Part shown: positions 61,801 through 64,000 of the stretch, one piece after another
Numbering within the stretch: the stretch's first letter is position 1
Layout of the letters: each line of letters begins with the position of its first letter
Assembly (NCBI GenBank): GCA_030295235.1
Contig: AP026139.1
Location: 744,001-808,000 of the forward strand
From: Fistulifera solaris
Lineage: Eukaryota
Reading direction: 5' to 3'
DNA: 64,000 bases
Program-made: the position numbers and the translations under genes
The notes under the pieces: model-generated
What the model was told of the DNA's origin: nothing
Databases searched by the model: none
Seen by the model: the letters and a program-made list of their open reading frames with translations, nothing else

Positions 61801-61946
61801 TTAGTTTTGCAAAGGTTTATAACTTAAGATCCATGATTTCATAGCATCATTAGTACATTTGCGTAGAAACAGTACCAGGTATAATTACAGTTTCTGACCG
61901 GTACTGATATCCCATATGGGATATCAGGGGGGTGATCGGATATCGG
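58820..61946 (+). mobile_element. piggyBac-superfamily DNA transposon, full length
   Basis: TTAA at 58816-19 and 61947-50; TIRs CCCATATCCGGTCA / TGATCGGATATCGG (12/14 match); subterminal 24-bp palindromes; transposase inside. Confidence 0.93.
59090..61734 (+). CDS. DEDDh exonuclease + piggyBac transposase + Cys-rich C-terminal domain (about 5 frameshifts as assembled)
   Basis: FDLETTG, HNGKRFD, HRAWSD; SLDET, KSARYGIK, VDRFYTS, YNKYMGGVD; CAYC...CETCGIPLC...CFSEAH. Confidence 0.85.
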
Positions 61947-62182
61947 TTAAAAAGATGATTGTCGTAGTGACTCTGTGTTGTGACACAGTGTGACATTTAC
62001 ACGGATAAACTAGCCAGGAGCTAGGAGGAGGAGTCTAAGTCAAAGTGCGAGACTACCGGTACGTACCAGGTAAGATAGAGTATTGATTTAGACCGCGACG
62101 CTTTGTTGAGTAAAATGGCAAAGTTATTACAAGAAAAGCATGCAACTTGCTTTATACATTTGGTAACGGCAGTTTATTGACC

Positions 62183-64000
62183 TTAATCCTCATCAAGGAC
62201 ATCATCTTCATCCCATGTATCTTCAAATTTGGACGCGGCTTCGGCACGAAATGTTTGCAAACCAGATAGTCGCTCCAAGTAGTCTCCATCTTTGCACGCT
62301 TGGAGTACCGTAGCATTTTTATCGTTCAGATATGCTTCAATCACGGATCTCGAACAGGCTGTGCAATAGGTGAAGGCCGGCACCGTAGGTGTCATCATCG
62401 TATACGAGACAAGAGATCCACGAATTTGATGAGGTATCAGGCCTAAAGGACTTTCGGAATCAACGGTTGGAGAAAACGGATTCAGTCCGCTTTTTGGTGC
62501 CGATGCATTGATGCCATCGGGGTGGTGAAGGAGTGACACCATGAGCTCTACGGCCATAGAACTGGCAATGGGTGCCAATCCAGGTCGAGTCACCGTACAT
62601 TGTTGGTCCAAAGTTCGATTTTTCATGGAATTCTCCGGTGCTACGATATCATTACAAAAATAGCAGCCGAAGCCTCCTCCATGTCGCATCACGAGCCAGC
62701 TATCTAGACCGAGCGCCGCGTTGATCATTACCTTATTGTGAGCAGCCGCCATCACGGTTGGCAACCAGCGCGATTCCCGCGTATCGGTAAGCAGATAAAC
62801 AACATCGCATTCTTGGATCAGCTGATCCAAGTTTTCGACGGCGTCTTCTTCTACTGCAGCGTGACCGGGCATCGGAATGGATAACTGATGTCCGCGACTC
62901 ACGACATCAGCAGCGATCTGCCGCAAGGCATCCGCCGCGGCTTCTGCTTTGGGACTACCGCCGTCATGACAGTCCTCTAAAGTAAATAACGACTGTCGAA
63001 CTGGGTTCGAATAACTCACTTTTCCGTAATCCACAAAATCGAAATGTCGAACACCCCATCCTAGCAAAACGCGTGCAACATTGCATCCAAGAGTACCAGC
63101 ACCCAAGAGAAGCACGCGTGTGCTCTGAAGCTTATCGACTTGCAACTCAGGAATCATGCGCCATTTCATCAGTTTGAGATTCAAATCAGCTGCCTGAATG
63201 GCCAAATGTGTCGGGTCTAGCAACGGCTGTAGGTTCATCCACCGCGGCCCGGGCTTGCCGCGGACGTTTAGCTCCCAACCTGTAGTTCTATATGCAGGCA
63301 GAGAATCTGCCTGAGCAGTTTTGAGTCTCCAATTGTAATTATCTTTTGTTGGGATTTGTATTTGTACAACAATGCTGTGATCCAACGACGCATCATAATC
63401 GTGTGGTTTCGTATGGACGTCCCATCGACGCAGTTGCTGCCCCCGAAAACTCAAAATTGATACAGATTTACCACCTAAGTCCAAATGAAAGCATAGGTAG
63501 GCAACCAGATTTCGCATAGTCCAGCCCATGGAGGCTGGGCCTTGGGTAACGTCATCGAGTTTCTCTGAAAAATCAAGGAATCCAAACAAAGATCGTTTTC
63601 TCCGCGTACGGATTCATAATCTGCCAAGGGGACGCATTTCGTTTTCGTAACAATGAAGCATGGATCTAATCGCCCTTGATTCTTACGCATAAGGTGTAAA
63701 TTCTCCCAGAATAACGCTTTTTCTTGACCTGTCCAGCCCCACTCCTCTTGCTTCGATGCCGTGATACTTTTCCCCGGTACGGGTAACAATGCTGGAATTC
63801 CGTACCAATAAAGAATCTTGTGCTGCTTCAAATCCGCAAACGTGATCAGTAATATTGTTTGAAGTCGCTTCTCGTCGGAAAAGAAGTGAGGTAAAAATGC
63901 TGGTTGAGCAAGTCGTTCTTATCGACTTGTTGAAACGTTTCCATCGTATTGAATCCGAGTAAAGTCCCTTTAACGCAGATTCGCTCATTTGGAATAAGAG
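62183..64000 (-). CDS. ATG7: Autophagy E1-like enzyme ATG7 (5' end outside window; frameshifts)
   Basis: DLNLKLMKWR, GAGTLG, SNPVRQSL, DTRESRWLP, RTLDQQCTVTRPG, PHQIRG. Confidence 0.95.

Noticed and set aside
15920..64000. Mass pseudogenisation or programmed frameshifting (UBA2, DCAF13, ATG7 and others)
   Set aside because: Single-base shifts occur in many unrelated, conserved genes with otherwise intact motifs, several at homopolymers. Long-read indel error is the simplest explanation; short-read polishing would decide.
15920..64000. Functional cluster of E1 enzymes (UBA2, ATG7) with MnmA
   Set aside because: Tens of kb apart and in unrelated pathways; eukaryotic gene order gives no support

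Overview
Gene-dense eukaryotic nuclear DNA with short GT-AG introns, signal peptide + ASAF-type plastid leaders and frustulin genes, most likely from a diatom (probably a raphid pennate). About 30 protein-coding genes are recognisable. They include a Na+/H+ antiporter, PDCD5, a SufE-MnmA fusion, UBA2, PGR5, seven tandem frustulin-like genes, an Orai-like channel, two globins, DCAF13/SOF1, a CBM6-GH5-CBM6 hydrolase and ATG7. There is one complete ~3.1 kb piggyBac-type element (TTAA-flanked, terminal inverted repeats) whose coding region carries a DEDDh 3'-5' exonuclease upstream of the DDD transposase. Intergenic DNA holds two tandem arrays, two short dispersed hairpin elements and two over-represented TA-N5-TA motifs. 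Many genes, including essential ones, have 1-nt frameshifts. These are probably assembly errors, so the intactness of split ORFs cannot be judged. All family calls come from motif recognition by eye; no database search was run.
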